The position numbers and the translations under genes are program-made. The notes below the pieces were generated by a model. That model worked only from the letters and a program-made list of their open reading frames with translations. It searched no databases and was not told where the DNA came from. Positions 62,925 to 64,000 of a stretch of 64,000 bases of DNA are shown here, piece by piece (position 1 is the stretch's first letter; the number at the start of each line of letters is the position of its first letter). This DNA is from Rickettsiales bacterium. Its GTDB lineage: Bacteria > Pseudomonadota > Alphaproteobacteria > Rickettsiales > BLZN01. Location: NCBI GenBank assembly GCA_014132315.1, contig BLZN01000104.1, forward strand, positions 35,623 through 99,622. Direction: 5' to 3'.

Positions 62925-64000
62925 ATGCAAGTATTCAACAAACTATTAGCCGGTATTCTGCTGGTTGTTATTTCGATAGCAAAGATTGCACTGGCAGAAA
63001 TTAATTTGGAAGTAGGGGGTTTTGATCTAATTAAGCTTACATTGGAAGGCTCATACAAAACAACCTATGGCATAGCGAATAATGAAAGTAATTTTAGAAT
63101 AGGGGAATTCAAAGATACAGGTAGGTTTTATAGTACCTACGAAATAGCTCTATCTATGATGAGAGAAAATGAAAACGGCTCAGAATACGGGGCTGTTTTC
63201 AAGATTACTCCGACTTTGGACAAAAGATATATTATTGACTTTGCAAGCGCCGACGCTAAGGGGTTAACTACCAGTGCACCGGCTTATACCGGAGACGATA
63301 GAATAATAGGTGTAGTTGATCAATATAGGTCTTATGCTCCTACAGGCCCTGATGAATACCTCAATGCTGGAAGTGGCCAAGCTTCGATTACCCTAGGTAG
63401 TGAAGTTAAAATATGGAGTGAAACAGCACACTCCCCCACACCTGAAGAACGAGACAGGATAACCTTCAAAGATCTGCGAGAAATGGGCGTAGCAGGTAGC
63501 GTTACAGGGGGACAAGTTGAGCTGGAAAAGCCACTCATCCAGGCTGCATATTTAGTTTTTAAAACCAGGGGAGAAATCACCTCTCTTGTTACTGAGATAG
63601 GCCGAGTATCCTCGGTCTCATCCAAACTAAGGATAGATGCCAGTGACATAAGCTATGGCAGCGGAGGAATCGGTGGATATTGGCACTATTACGCTAATTT
63701 AAAAGGCGACCAAAACCTAACATTCACCGGCGGTTCGCTAAAAGACTCAAAGAATAAGACAAAATTCATCTCAAAACCGGGATCTTGGAGCAGCCTCAAC
63801 AGCAAAGATAAATCTAGTTTAAGCTCAAATCTCTTGGTAGAACTTGCAGATAACCTAATGCTCGGATTCAGCTACACAGCAAATCAAGGAGATCTAAATT
63901 CTGAGAGATTTGCCAGTGACATGAGAAATTATAAAGATGTTGTCGCTGCCGGACTGACTTACGAAAATGTATCGGATAGTATCCATTTCATAGCTTCAGC
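62925..64000 (+). CDS. outer-membrane beta-barrel (porin-like) protein, 3' end beyond the window
   Basis: Absent from the ORF track, presumably because it has no stop inside the window. Hand translation gives 358 stop-free codons from the ATG at 62925. Signal peptide MQVFNKLLAGILLVVISIAKIALA, then alternating beta-strand-like segments rich in G, Y, S and T. Confidence 0.6.
   Translation, partial: MQVFNKLLAGILLVVISIAKIALAEINLEVGGFDLIKLTLEGSYKTTYGIANNESNFRIGEFKDTGRFYSTYEIALSMMRENENGSEYGAVFKITPTLDKRYIIDFASADAKGLTTSAPAYTGDDRIIGVVDQYRSYAPTGPDEYLNAGSGQASITLGSEVKIWSETAHSPTPEERDRITFKDLREMGVAGSVTGGQVELEKPLIQAAYLVFKTRGEITSLVTEIGRVSSVSSKLRIDASDISYGSGGIGGYWHYYANLKGDQNLTFTGGSLKDSKNKTKFISKPGSWSSLNSKDKSSLSSNLLVELADNLMLGFSYTANQGDLNSERFASDMRNYKDVVAAGLTYENVSDSIHFIAS

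Noticed and set aside
1-64000. Search for CRISPR arrays, rRNA, tmRNA, SRP RNA, IS elements with terminal inverted repeats, and integrases.
   Set aside because: No regularly spaced repeat arrays, no rRNA-like conserved blocks, no tRNA-like 3' domain other than tRNA-Leu, and no transposase or integrase-like ORFs were recognisable by eye. A covariance-model scan would be needed to exclude small RNAs.

Overview
This is an AT-rich, gene-dense chromosomal segment from an alphaproteobacterium, most likely a genome-reduced, host-associated lineage (Rickettsiales- or Holosporales-like). That placement is inferred from three things: the conserved tig-clpP-clpX-lon-hupB block, a PopZ/DUF2497-type protein, and a GTA/HK97-type head-gene cluster. 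About 45 housekeeping genes are recognisable by motif: ppk, nadE, gpsA, gmk, holA, gltX, hisS, aroK, dnaB, rne/rng, uvrB, ndk, tsaB, tig, clpP, clpX, lon, hupB, pyrC, folE, fabI, ppx, bolA, bamD, rpe, eno, ubiE, fumC and folP, plus one tRNA-Leu(UAG). No rRNA, CRISPR array or intact IS element was seen. The accessory content is more unusual. (1) An isolated phage/GTA head module (portal, two tandem prohead-protease paralogs, HK97-type capsid) has no terminase, tail, lysis or integrase genes nearby, and one protease copy lacks the catalytic His. (2) Next to that module is a cluster of very small, strongly SD-led, Tyr/aromatic-rich ORFs that share a TTRATATAATATT promoter-like motif. It includes a tandem pair in which one copy is broken at a C7 homopolymer tract, and a Cys/Tyr-repeat peptide. 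(3) A 1.1 kb insertion carrying an orphan 298-aa ORF is bracketed by a duplicated 3' end of the AI-2E transporter gene and followed by a fragmented pseudogene. (4) Several lineage-specific, charged or disordered orphan proteins look like candidate host-interaction factors: a 374-aa protein with a WH2-like motif, a 578-aa tail-anchored protein, and a translationally coupled 60+349-aa pair. (5) Four long gene-free tracts of 0.9-1.9 kb look like eroded genes. All functional calls rest on by-eye motif recognition; no database search was run.
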